From contig JAQGDQ010000058.1 of the NCBI GenBank assembly GCA_030141605.1, positions 30,388 to 94,387 of the forward strand: a stretch of 64,000 bases of DNA. Reading direction: 5' to 3'. The position numbers and the translations under genes are program-made. The DNA comes from Tubiluchus corallicola (lineage: Eukaryota; Animalia; Priapulida). The notes below the pieces were generated by a model. It was not told the DNA's origin and searched no databases. It worked only from the letters and a program-made list of their open reading frames with translations. Below are positions 25,258 to 35,935 of the stretch, piece by piece (position 1 is the stretch's first letter; the number at the start of each line of letters is the position of its first letter).

Positions 25258-28200
25258 GAAATACCGTGAGGATTAGGTATAAGAACAGCGAGTGTAAAAA
25301 CAGCTATCTACTTCATGTGTAAATTATACAATAAGACGCTAAGCAACGTTTTGTAAGTCCCTCAGTGAAAAGTTCTTGGCATGCGCAACTCTTCCTTAAT
25401 AAACCCGTGTGGACTCGACAACGTGTCAATTTTTTTCTTGTCGAAAAGCTGGTGTGAACAAATTATACATTAACAGGGCAAAGGTGTTCACGTATTAGAT
25501 TAAAAACAAGTGGCATGCAAAACTTGTCAGACTTTGAATGCATTTATTACACGTTTGTTTGTGTATAATATACATTAAATTACGTAACCTGACAGAGCAT
25601 CCCGAGACATCTCAAGATGATAATACCTACTGTCTCTCTTCATCTTCATTACTACCTCTTTAGATTCTGCCACTTTTTGTTACCTTTTTGCGTCTTCTGA
25701 TTTAACGTGAAACAGAAAGTTGTTACACTGTTACAAATGCCATGTGTTTACTATTATTTTATCAGCAGAAGAGAAACATCTGTAGCAATAATATGATACA
25801 ACGTAAGTAAACAATGTCTACATGAAAACTTGCTCACGCGGGCACTAATTTACGCTGATGCGTAGAACATGCGCCATGGGGGAAAACTTGCTCGTGTAAA
25901 CGAAGTTTAAAAACTTGGTTTCTATAAAACTAGTTACGTTGCATTTTAATAACACAATTACTTTTAATACATACCGCTATTTAACAATAAATAAGTTCTG
26001 TGCCCTAATTCTAACACAACAGACAAAACAAAAACTAAAAACTTCATATGTAAATTAATAATCGCAGCATATAAACGTTTAAGAATTTTCTGCTCTAACT
26101 TTATATTAAGAACATTATCACAACTAAGTTAGAGCACACAATTATACGATTTTTTACTAAACCACCAATTATAAATATAAATGTTTTATTACCTATTGTG
26201 CATTCAATTAACCTATTACTTAATCAAGTGGAAACAGGAAAATAATGTTAAATAGTGCACACTTATAATTTAAGACTGCAAACTTAATACTAAATTATTA
26301 GGCTTCACATGATACCTTAACAGTACCAAGAAATTTTGGAAAGCGTGCTTCTCTTGCATTTAGAGATTCCTGGGGGAATCTATCTCCGGTTAAGGGACTT
26401 AAAAGTCATACCAAAACTTAGAGAGATGATGGTGCTACTTTTTCTACCAAACACACATGTTTGAAGTAACATGCGGGTGTTATGTTTTGGACTGAAATGG
26501 TCAACAAAAGTCATAATTTGGTGACAGAAGATCGGAAAAATGATGAATATGACTGAAGTTAAAGTCGACTAAATACAGATTGATATTACTATTTTATTGT
26601 TATTATGTCACTGTATTAATTGATAACTACGTACGTAGATAAGCAACGAAACCTGGCACGACCAACCTACCTAAATAACCAACCTAGCAACGTGTAAAAC
26701 AGTATACTGTCAGTGCTAAATACACGTTTACGATTAAGACATTGTAAATACAAAAAGTGGCAGAATGTCAAAATAAATGGTAACTAAAACTGCTAAGTAG
26801 AGAACACAGCTCAACAAGCTAACAAATTCATATAACAACAAACGTGTTACTTCAGGCAGAAACTGACAGTGTGCTGCTTCTCTTCAGTTGATGAAAAACG
26901 TCATTAGTGGCAGGGTAGGCATTCAAAACGGGAATGTTCAAGCGTGAAGCGGCTTTATAGTAATTTTACTAATTACTTTACAGCTTGTGATGGTTTTACT
27001 ACTAAATCCTTCTAACATTTTTCTCGTATACAAATTCTACATACAAACACAATCAATATTTACAAGACGTGTCACTAAAACTGCACTGTACAGAATGCAA
27101 ACATCAAGACCATAAAACAGTGCTAACATTTAAACAGTTTAAGGAGTTTGAGATAAACATGTTTAAACATTAAACAGAGTATTTAAACATGTTTAAAGAG
27201 TTGAAATATTCTACTCAATTTTGTTTAGCATCTATAGTTTTAAGTACGTTTCTCAAATATGACTCACCCACCAAGAATGTGTTCAAATAAAGTTTGTTTG
27301 CTATAAAACACGTATTAAACATTTCTAGCTTGCCATAGGAACAAAAGTGATGCTATATGCAAATACGTATTTATTAAAATTAATCAATAGTTAATTCAAA
27401 TGTAATCAACAACAACGAGCAACCAGAATTTGACTTTAACCAAATCACGTGCTAACATTTTCAATTGATGATCGAAGCTGAAAATATTTTGCTGAACTGG
27501 TACTTGAACCTCCACTGAAGTCAGGGTTGCAGTGGAGAGGAAATGCATGGAATTACCGTGAGTTTCGCAGTCAAACGTCCTTGTAGCAGAATGTGTTAAA
27601 AAGTATTAAAAAAGAAACATTTGGCATGACCGTTAGGCCAGTAACCAAAATTTTTAACAAGAACCCCTGACTGAAGTTCATTGTGAGAAACTGAATCTTT
27701 ATTTTGAAATGTTCTGACTACGTGAATGGCGATGGAAATGACATAAACGGACACTTAAAATTTAAGACAAACACAAGCAGATGAGACTGTGCTTTACTTT
27801 CAGGTTTTATTACACAAACAATAAATAAAGCATTGTTTTACGTAAAGTTATTTTACATGTTATTAAAAAACACAAAAAACTTTTTGATCAAATCATAATT
27901 ATCTAAAATTATTATGATTTTTCTGCATGCTTGTGTGACAGTTATTTTATACTTTTCCCATGAAACTCTAATTATTATGAAAGTAAAACAGCCTGTACTT
28001 GAAAATTTCCTGTACAAACTTTGCAACAAAACTAAGTTTCTCAGATCCTTTTAAGACATATTCACATTTACAGTAATCCAGCAAAAAGAAAACAAGCTAA
28101 CCTAAAGGAAAAGACAAGTCACAAAGCATGTTGGGTTTATTTTACAGTTATCACTTAAACTTAGAAAAATATAACACAAAAATTTGCAGAAAATGTCTAT

Positions 28201-29349
28201 AAAGCATAAAGTTAATTTACACCGCTGCTGTACAGGAATTTTCACGTGTTGTGGTTGCTGTCATTCACTTGCAAATTAGGACGTAACGCACTGGAGTTTA
28301 TGACTTTTTTCACAAACGCGTTGTGGCTTTGTGCTGCTTAAACTAATTCAAACTTCTACAAACATTTCCTGATGTTCATGGTACAATATCGCAAAATTGG
28401 CTATCTAATTTTTTGTAAAAACTTATTATACTTAGGCGAAAACTGACAGTGTGCTACTTTTCTTCAGTCACTGAATAACATCATTGGTGGAAGAGCGGAC
28501 ATTCAAAACCAGAATGCCCAAACATGATTTCACTAACTAATTTTACTGCTTATTGCACTTTTACTACTAAATTCTTCCATCATTTATCTAAAACATTTTA
28601 ATAACTTCCTACGTTTTGGCCATTCCCTAAAAATCACTGATACACTCTACATGTAATTGCATACATTTAAGCAGGCTAAACAAGTAGATTTTACAATAAT
28701 TAATTTTACATTTTATATTTAAAAACAACTTGTTCTGAGTGGAGTGAGTTGAACCTGATAAATGGAAATGAATACTGAGTACAAGGAATTATAAAAACAA
28801 TCATTTATTATCACTTCGTCAATAATTAGAAAAACCTGCAGCAAATACAGTGAAGGCAATGGACATCAACTTGATAAATTTTGGAAAAGGACAAACGGGC
28901 CTACAAATGTTGAGCTGTAACACAATTTTATAAGACCTGATACAAAAATATTTGCATAATTCTGTAAAAATACCCAAAAGATCTCTAAACTAACAAAACA
29001 AATGCAGCAAAATATGTGAAATCTATATTACTTGCAATCATATTACCACAAATATTTACTATTAGCAAATTGCCTCTATTTTTGTCTCAAACTTTGGGAC
29101 ACTGAAGCATATATCAGTACGTCAGTGAAATCAGGACATCAGAGTATTTTAACTGCTAGGAAGACAAAGCCTATATAAGATTTAATATAGTCAGAAGCAC
29201 CAATATGCAAGCCATTTAGCCTGTGCTATATACACTAATACACAAAGTGCAGGTTGTGTACATCATACACAGATATGTACATACAAATCATAAAATAATG
29301 ATCACAGTCTCATTAAAAGAACATCATTAGGATGAACAGCAAATAAAGT

Positions 29350-29609
29350 TCAATCTAATACATGAAGTCCCATGTCGCCTTGCAGATAATCTCTAATGAC
29401 GTTAATCATTTGTTGTCTCAGTAGCTGGTCACCAGCCACAGCAGCTGTTATGTTCAATGCGTCAGTCGCATCAAACTGTCGCAGAATATGTACTGCTTTG
29501 TCATATATTTCTTGTTGTTGCTTTGGTGTCATTTCATTAAGTATTTCTACAGCAGATTTAAACTTGCCTTTAGTTGCATAATAGCCCAATAGTCCACCAA
29601 TTGCTGCTC
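29350..29609 (-). CDS. C19orf12: C19orf12 / nazo-like protein, last coding exon
   Basis: ttgtgtctag|(G)AAIGGLLGYYATKGKFKSAVEILNEMTPKQQQEIYDKAVHIL...MGLHVLD*; continues the glycine zipper in phase with the upstream exon; total 139 aa. Confidence 0.9.
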
Positions 29610-30157
29610 CTAGACACAAGACAAAAACGTGAAACAATAACAATTTTTTTAAAGATAAACACTTTTTTCACAAGTGCTTTTTTGCCAACAGATGGTACCA
29701 CGGGAATCACATGTAATATCAAACACCAGAGCATTTATGGTACCCACATAACCTAGCCGTCTACAGAGATTTTACAAAGGCAGCAAAGCTTCAAACATAA
29801 CTAAGGTGTAAGGAAAGCTGTCACGAACTCCAAAACTAACCAAATGAGTTTGCATAAAGTGAATGTGAAAAATTAAAAATGTTAACTGACAAAGTGTTAA
29901 GTTAACTTAATTTTAATTGGCATTTAATATTTCCTTCGAACAAGTTTGTTGGGATTAATGTAGTAGAAGAGTACATGGCTTATCGTATTTCAGAATTGCA
30001 TAGTCTTAACTAATACGTTAATAAAATTGTTAGTTATAAAAAAGACTTAATGAAATCACATCTGGATTTTAAGCAAACATTATTTATACAAAAATAAAAC
30101 CAAACTCCAGAAATATGTGAAAAGTATTTTAAATAAGACATATTTTATTTGTCTTAC

Positions 30158-30317
30158 CAACTGCAATACCAGGTGGACCCCCAACCACTCCGCCAACACA
30201 TGCAGCACTGCCGGCTATGGCACCCCCTTTTAATGATTCCTTCACGGAAACTCTAATGTCTTCCTCTCGTGACAAAGTAGTCAAAAGCTGAATTATGTCG
30301 CCAACAGCAAGTACCAT
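30158..30317 (-). CDS. C19orf12: C19orf12 / nazo-like protein, first coding exon
   Basis: MVLAVGDIIQLLTTLSREEDIRVSVKESLKGGAIAGSAACVGGVVGGPPGIAV(G)|gtaaga; GGxxGGPPGxAVGG glycine-zipper hallmark of the family. Confidence 0.9.
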
Positions 30318-30414
30318 TTTGCTTTGCTACAAATCTCTCCTAAAAATAATTACATAACCACTTTAGTATCACATGCACCCAGTCTTAGTTGATTAGAGCT
30401 GGGGAACTGAAGTA

Positions 30415-31618
30415 CAGTAGGCGCCGCTTAATAGAATCACTTTGGGACCAAACTGTTTTGACCCAATTAACTGACTGAATCTATTAACCGATGGGTTAGT
30501 ATTACTGGTATAGAAGTATGAGTCATCAGCTTAGTATGCACTGAAAAGGTTTTAATGAATTTTAGAAATGAAGTAATACCTAAATTCCTTTGTGCAGTTA
30601 AAAATTTTAAAAAAATATTTTAAAATATTAATTTATATAAATGAATTAGCAATAAATTAAAAGTATACATTTCCAAATTTCACAAGTCTGTTTATTTGCA
30701 AAAATTATAAATTACAAATTGCAAAAAAAGTCAGCTGCTTCATTTTTTCACGAAGAAGTTGGCTCACAATGTACTCATAATTATAAAAATTTGGAAAATC
30801 TGTTGCTGTGAGATGCACGTATTCTCGTAAAACATTTAGTGCTTGGCCTGCTTGAGCCTCTTAGATGCTACATTCTCATTTTGGCTTACTGACTGCTCAA
30901 TTTCAGATCATCTGATTCAAAATTCTGCCGAGAGTACTTTGGGAATTTCAACTGCGCTGCTGCACGACACTGCCCCATCTTTGGAAGTTTATCTTACTGC
31001 TCTAAAATTTTCAGTTTTTCCTCAACTGTTAGATCTCCTTTACGCTTATGCTTCATTTTTTAAACTTCTTAATTCTACAATCTTATTTACTGTATGATGT
31101 TTACTCTTGTAAGTCACAAGGAATACTGGCTGACTACTTTGCATCTTTGACCATTAACTGATTAAGCGTGAAAGCGTGATTTGCAAAGAGAGTTTCAAAA
31201 GGAAACAGCCAGACAAGTGATTAAATGTTTAGCTTCTAGAAATTCTTGGGTAATGAGGTTAATTGCAGTGGACGAGCAGGATCAGATTCAAAAGAAAAAC
31301 TGTTACGCTAGCGTATTAGCACATAATAAACGTACCTGCTTACAAACAAAACTGTACTTAACATGATTGTTTCTACATATATTATAGAGCACAAAGTGAA
31401 GTAAAGATGACATAAAAGTAGGAAAGGCTCTTTGGGCACATACAATGTTTTATTTTTAGTATGTGAAGGAAAATACTGAGTCAGTTATGTGGAGTTATTT
31501 GAGTCAATTACCGACGGTTATTATGAACATTTGGATAGAAGCAGCCGGTACCAGGCATTTCTGAATCAATTAAGCAATTGAGTCTATTAACCGTGAGTCT
31601 ATTAAGCGGCACCTACTG
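30415..31618 (-). mobile_element. pogo/Tigger-family DNA transposon, internally deleted (1.2 kb)
   Basis: TIRs CAGTAGGCGCCGCTTAATAGAATCAC (30415-30440) and GTGAGTCTATTAAGCGGCACCTACTG (31593-31618), 24/26 complementary, each flanked by TA. Minus-strand remnant from 31056, MKHKRKGDLTVEEKLKILEQ*DKLPKMGQCRAAAQL.., resembles a CENP-B-type N-terminal HTH. Confidence 0.88.
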
Positions 31619-31699
31619 TACTTGGAAATAAAGCTATCTACGGCATTTGCCGTCCTTACTGTTTTGTTACAAAAAAGCTATCAGATGGCATATATGTAG

Positions 31700-32400
31700 T
31701 GTAGCATAGGTATGCAGTGCCTATAAAAAAACATTAAATTAAACTTATTGATGACAATAATTACACTATACTTTACCGGCGATGTAAACACACGTGCATC
31801 AATGGAAGTTTTCATGAGAAGGACCCGGATGTGAAAACAACTACGCCAACATCCAATCAAGAGCCTGCAGAGCTGAGCACGTGATTCAGTATATTGCCTA
31901 TTAAGGTCTATGCACGTGATCCGCTCGTGTTAACAAGACAATAACCAATCAGCAGTGTGTAGGTGGGTCATGTCATCTGTCCAGAGTAGTATTTAAGGAG
32001 GACAGATCCAGAGGAGGACACATTCGCTGCTGACAAGGTCTGATATCACAAGGCCTGATAACAAACTCTGCTAACACAAGAGTTGCTAACAAACTCTGCT
32101 AACACAAGAGTTGCTAACAAACTCTGTTAACACAAGAGTTGCTAACAAGCTCTGTTATCTCAAGAGCTGCTAATTATAAGCCCTGAACCATAATAAAGCA
32201 ATTAAATAAATAATTCAATGTTGCAAAATTGTCTATCAAAGCCAACATTTCTCCAATGTCAGTTTTTCTGCTATTAACTTTAAGAACTAATTTGTGCCGA
32301 AGTGTGCCTTAGGCTTAACAGTCAGATGAACCCAAGCCATTGGTCCAAAGTACCATCATCTGCACACCTTTCTGTTACGTGAACCCCTAGCCGCGTTACA
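31700..32400 (+). mobile_element. Solo LTR (701 bp), probably Gypsy-type
   Basis: Begins TGTAGC and ends GTTACA, flanked by 4-bp direct repeat GTAG (31696-31699 / 32401-32404). Internal order on +: CCAAT boxes and E-boxes, TATTTAA (~31990), Inr-like CATTC ~30 nt later, AATAAA (~32192, ~32205). Confidence 0.75.
32031..32170 (+). repeat. Five 28-bp tandem units, each a 6-bp stem / 9-nt loop hairpin
   Basis: Consensus taaca-AACTCT-gctaacaca-AGAGTT-gc; units start at 32031, 32059, 32087, 32115, 32143. Confidence 0.85.
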
Positions 32401-33613
32401 GTAGTCCTATGCAGACATTCATCTAGAAAAGCTTGTAGAGTCCATAATCATTATAATAGGTAACATGGGTAAATAAATCATGTGACAGAGCTTGTCAAAA
32501 TCACTGAACAGACAAGTAAGGCAAAAAGATTTCCCATTTTAGAATTCTGCCTGCCCAATGTCTACAATAGACGTGACGGGCGTATGATGATGACGATGAT
32601 GACAGTGTAATTTTTTGCAATACACCCAAAGAAAGGGCATATTCCGCATAGCGTTTACTGCTTTTTTATTTTTTGCAAATAGGTATTGCATTTAGGGATG
32701 TTAATGATGACGATACGAATCGATGATCATATTGATATGGAAAATTTGTTGTACAATTGATTAATTAAGTTGTGTCAAGTTGCAAAGTCGAACAGTCATA
32801 AATTGTATTGGTCATAAGTCAGGTGACTACCTGTGATTTAGACTACCGCACAAAGCTACCAATTACCATTATCAACAGAACTATAATAAGATTTTTGGAG
32901 CTTTAAAAAATGGTATAAAATTTGGGATAAAATGGTATAAAGTTTGTATATATAGCACATTTCAAAAAAAATATACAAATAGTTAATTGGACATTTTTGC
33001 ATAGGTGTCAGAGAAATCTATATTTTTTAACGTATAACTTCTAAGTGTTAAAAATTAAAAAGCAAATTAGTAAGTCATTACTAAATTGTGTTACCACTTA
33101 CATAAATATGTTTTAAATTCTACTTATAGGGCAATAATAGTTGTGAGCAACAAGCAAATTTTTAACACATGAAAATTTCTTGCTTGTCTGTGTGGAATCT
33201 ATGGTGACAAGCCCTTATGAGGCCTAATTTCTGGCAATCAATGAAGCTAAAACTAATTGAATCTAAATAAATAAACTAAATATATTACGCCAATTAACAC
33301 ACTCCCTCAAATAGCTATCCCGAGAGTACCAGAGAAAAAACTTTTAGGCGCACGCCCTGTTGGGTAAGTGCACAGTATACTTCTTGCCACAAGAGCAACC
33401 GGAGATTAAACAATTACAAACTCTCAGACACTGATACTACACAATTCTTCGGCGCTATTACACTTTCGCACCTCCTAGTTTTTTCTGGCCTACTGTTTGT
33501 TTTCACGCCTGCAAGCCAGAAAGCAGACCAACAGGCGTAATATACACCATATTCCCAGAATATTGTTGGTTTTTAGGCCTTACAATTCCAGATTAAAGTC
33601 ATACATTACTTAC

Positions 33614-33680
33614 CGTACACGCAAGAAGCTTCACGTGAATAACTGTGTTTACACCACTAATGCGCAACCGCTCTCGCGCA
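33614..33680 (-). promoter_or_regulatory. Candidate non-coding exon 1 / promoter of the C19orf12 homologue
   Basis: Consensus minus-strand donor ACG|GTAAGT at 33613-33608, next to an E-box (TCACGTGA) and CpG-rich TGCGCA..TCTCGCGCA motifs. Confidence 0.4.
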
Positions 33681-34756
33681 GTGAGGTATGTGGCCCTTAA
33701 CCTTTATTTTTACTTTCTTTACATAATTTATGATTGTTATGGTTGCAGCCACGGGAGTTTGTATCGTATTACAGTGTTCCCTCGCTACTTCAAAAATATT
33801 AATGTGAAATATTTATCGCGGTATCTTCGCTGTTTCGATGGCATCAGAATAGTGGTAGTTATGACGATGATGATAAAAATAACACTGCAATAGTGGTGGT
33901 GATAAGAGTATATAAAACTAAAATGCCATTATAATCCTGTGTCAGTAATTGTCTTTTCTTCAAAAGACTTCCTGAATTTTTTGTTTTTTCTTCACTGTAT
34001 AGTCAGACCAAAGCTGGCATATACGAGGAAATTATTTTAGACGACTACAGTTATTTATCACTAATTTTATTTATTACTGTAGTATTATTAGATTATAAAG
34101 GTTTTTTCTTTATTTCGTAAATGCGGTTAAGATAAAAGTGTCACGTGCCTTTTATGCTAGGCCCTGATAATGCATAAACTAGTACGAAATTCGTCACGTG
34201 ACAACACACAAAAAAACATGATGGCGATACGAACTGTATAGTGTACAACTGTGAATACAACGTAATTATTGGTAATTATACACTAAATATATGAGTAAAT
34301 TACCACGAGATTAGCGGAAACATTCACTGATGACGTGAGAATAATAGAATAATGACCTACGAGCCTAGAAACGAGTAATAACCTAGAAAAAACTAGGAGG
34401 TGCGAGAGTGTAATAGCGCCAATTCTTCTAATAACTGTACCAGCGAAGCTATCGTCAGCACGCGAAAAACGCTTTATGCCAATTACCCTGACTCACCTAG
34501 TACAAAAGAGTCAACATCGACAAGTAAACCGCGTAAAAGCAAAGAGAAACTCGAGAGATTAAGCTCAGTGTCTTTGGTATTTAAGAATAAAAGTTAAATA
34601 ACTAGATGAAACAAGTTTTTTCATTATAATATTATCAAGAGTGGAGTACTTCTCTCACAGTTTATCTCTTGGATGCCAGGATAGTCTTTTTTAAGCCAGT
34701 TTATTTAGTAACGTCCACGGCGCACCGTACGTACGAAAAATAGTCTCGCTTCTGAT

Positions 34757-34930
34757 ATTCGGGGCGACCATTTGATTCAAATGTGCAATTATTGATTCTG
34801 TTTCAAACGAGGGGAAGAAGCACAATTTCTTTGCAACTCGTGAACAAGCTTCCTGAATATGTAGTGAGTGCTTCTTCAGTTTCTCAATTTAAATCTCGAT
34901 TAAATCGACTCTGGGCTAATCACCCAGGAA
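34757..34930 (+). mobile_element. Degraded CR1-clade LINE, 3' end of ORF2
   Basis: Frameshifted IRGD-LIQM...KHNFFATR..NKLPEYVVSASSVSQFKSRLNRLWANHP matches the CR1 ORF2 C-terminal pattern RGDLI..FFxxRV..WNxLPxxVVxAxSVxxFKxRLD. Confidence 0.75.
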
Positions 34931-35867
34931 AATACATTGACCTTAGACTTCCGCAATAGCAACGAGACGCTTGGATTTTTGAGGGAACCTGACACTATTG
35001 ATCGTACAAAGAAGAACACACTGTTACTATCTTCCGGATCGTATCATTAGCGCCACCACCTACTAGAAAACTTAGAATAAATAAACCATCCAGAGAAGAT
35101 CGGAGGGGTAAAAAGCGGTCACTTATGCTTAACCGCTATCCATGTTGTAAGCTGTAAGGCAGTTTAACAACATGCGTTTTTTTATCATTAAAGCTCTTGA
35201 AACGTCATTCAATCAACAATTCGTTCAACAACATCATTCAATTATTTCACAGCCAGGGCACTTTTAGTAACAAGCTTGGCTTCTTTAATGCCCTGCAACA
35301 CAATTATTTAAGTGGGTATCTATTCGTGTTTTTCCAAAACTTGCTTCTTATTGGGTATCTTACTGTTTGTTAATCATTGAATTATTGAAAACTTTTGTTT
35401 CTTTTAAGGTATTTGTGTTGGTGTGAAATAAACAATCTTGAACACAATTTAGCTGTGATTTCTGTACACAATTAGTGTTTTTAGCACAGAACAAAGATAA
35501 GTAATATGCATGATTTTTGTGAATCTGAAACTTCATTCGAAAACAAAATACGAGTTAGATTTGAATTAGAAAATGCTGAAATTCGGTTTGATTAGAGCTC
35601 GAAAGTCAGAAATTCGATTCGAATTCACTGTCGATCGCACAGTGCTGAACGTTTTTACTAACGCTTTTATATTAATATGATGTAGAAAAATGACTTTTAA
35701 TTTTTATGGCGGTAATCGTAAAAACTTCAAAATTATTTATGATTACAGCCATAAAAGCCGAGTGATAGTTTGCCTTGCAAATAGAGGGTTTTTTAATTTT
35801 ACACAGTTTACAAGCTTATACTTCTCGCCTGTCTCGATCCCACTTACACTCTCCTCCACTCCTCTCT

Positions 35868-35869
<2 letters not shown>

Positions 35870-35924
<55 letters not shown>

Positions 35925-35935
35925 TCTCTCTCTAT
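35870..35935. repeat. (CT)n microsatellite
   Basis: Direct reading. Confidence 0.95.

Noticed and set aside
29350-29352. Selenocysteine read-through of the C19orf12 TGA, with a SECIS in the 26.9/28.5 kb duplicates
   Set aside because: The TGA is at the normal family C-terminus, and the candidate hairpins lack the ATGAN/NGAN quartet.
34327-34375. Hammerhead ribozyme (CTGATGA...GAAAC)
   Set aside because: No stem II or flanking helices can be formed.
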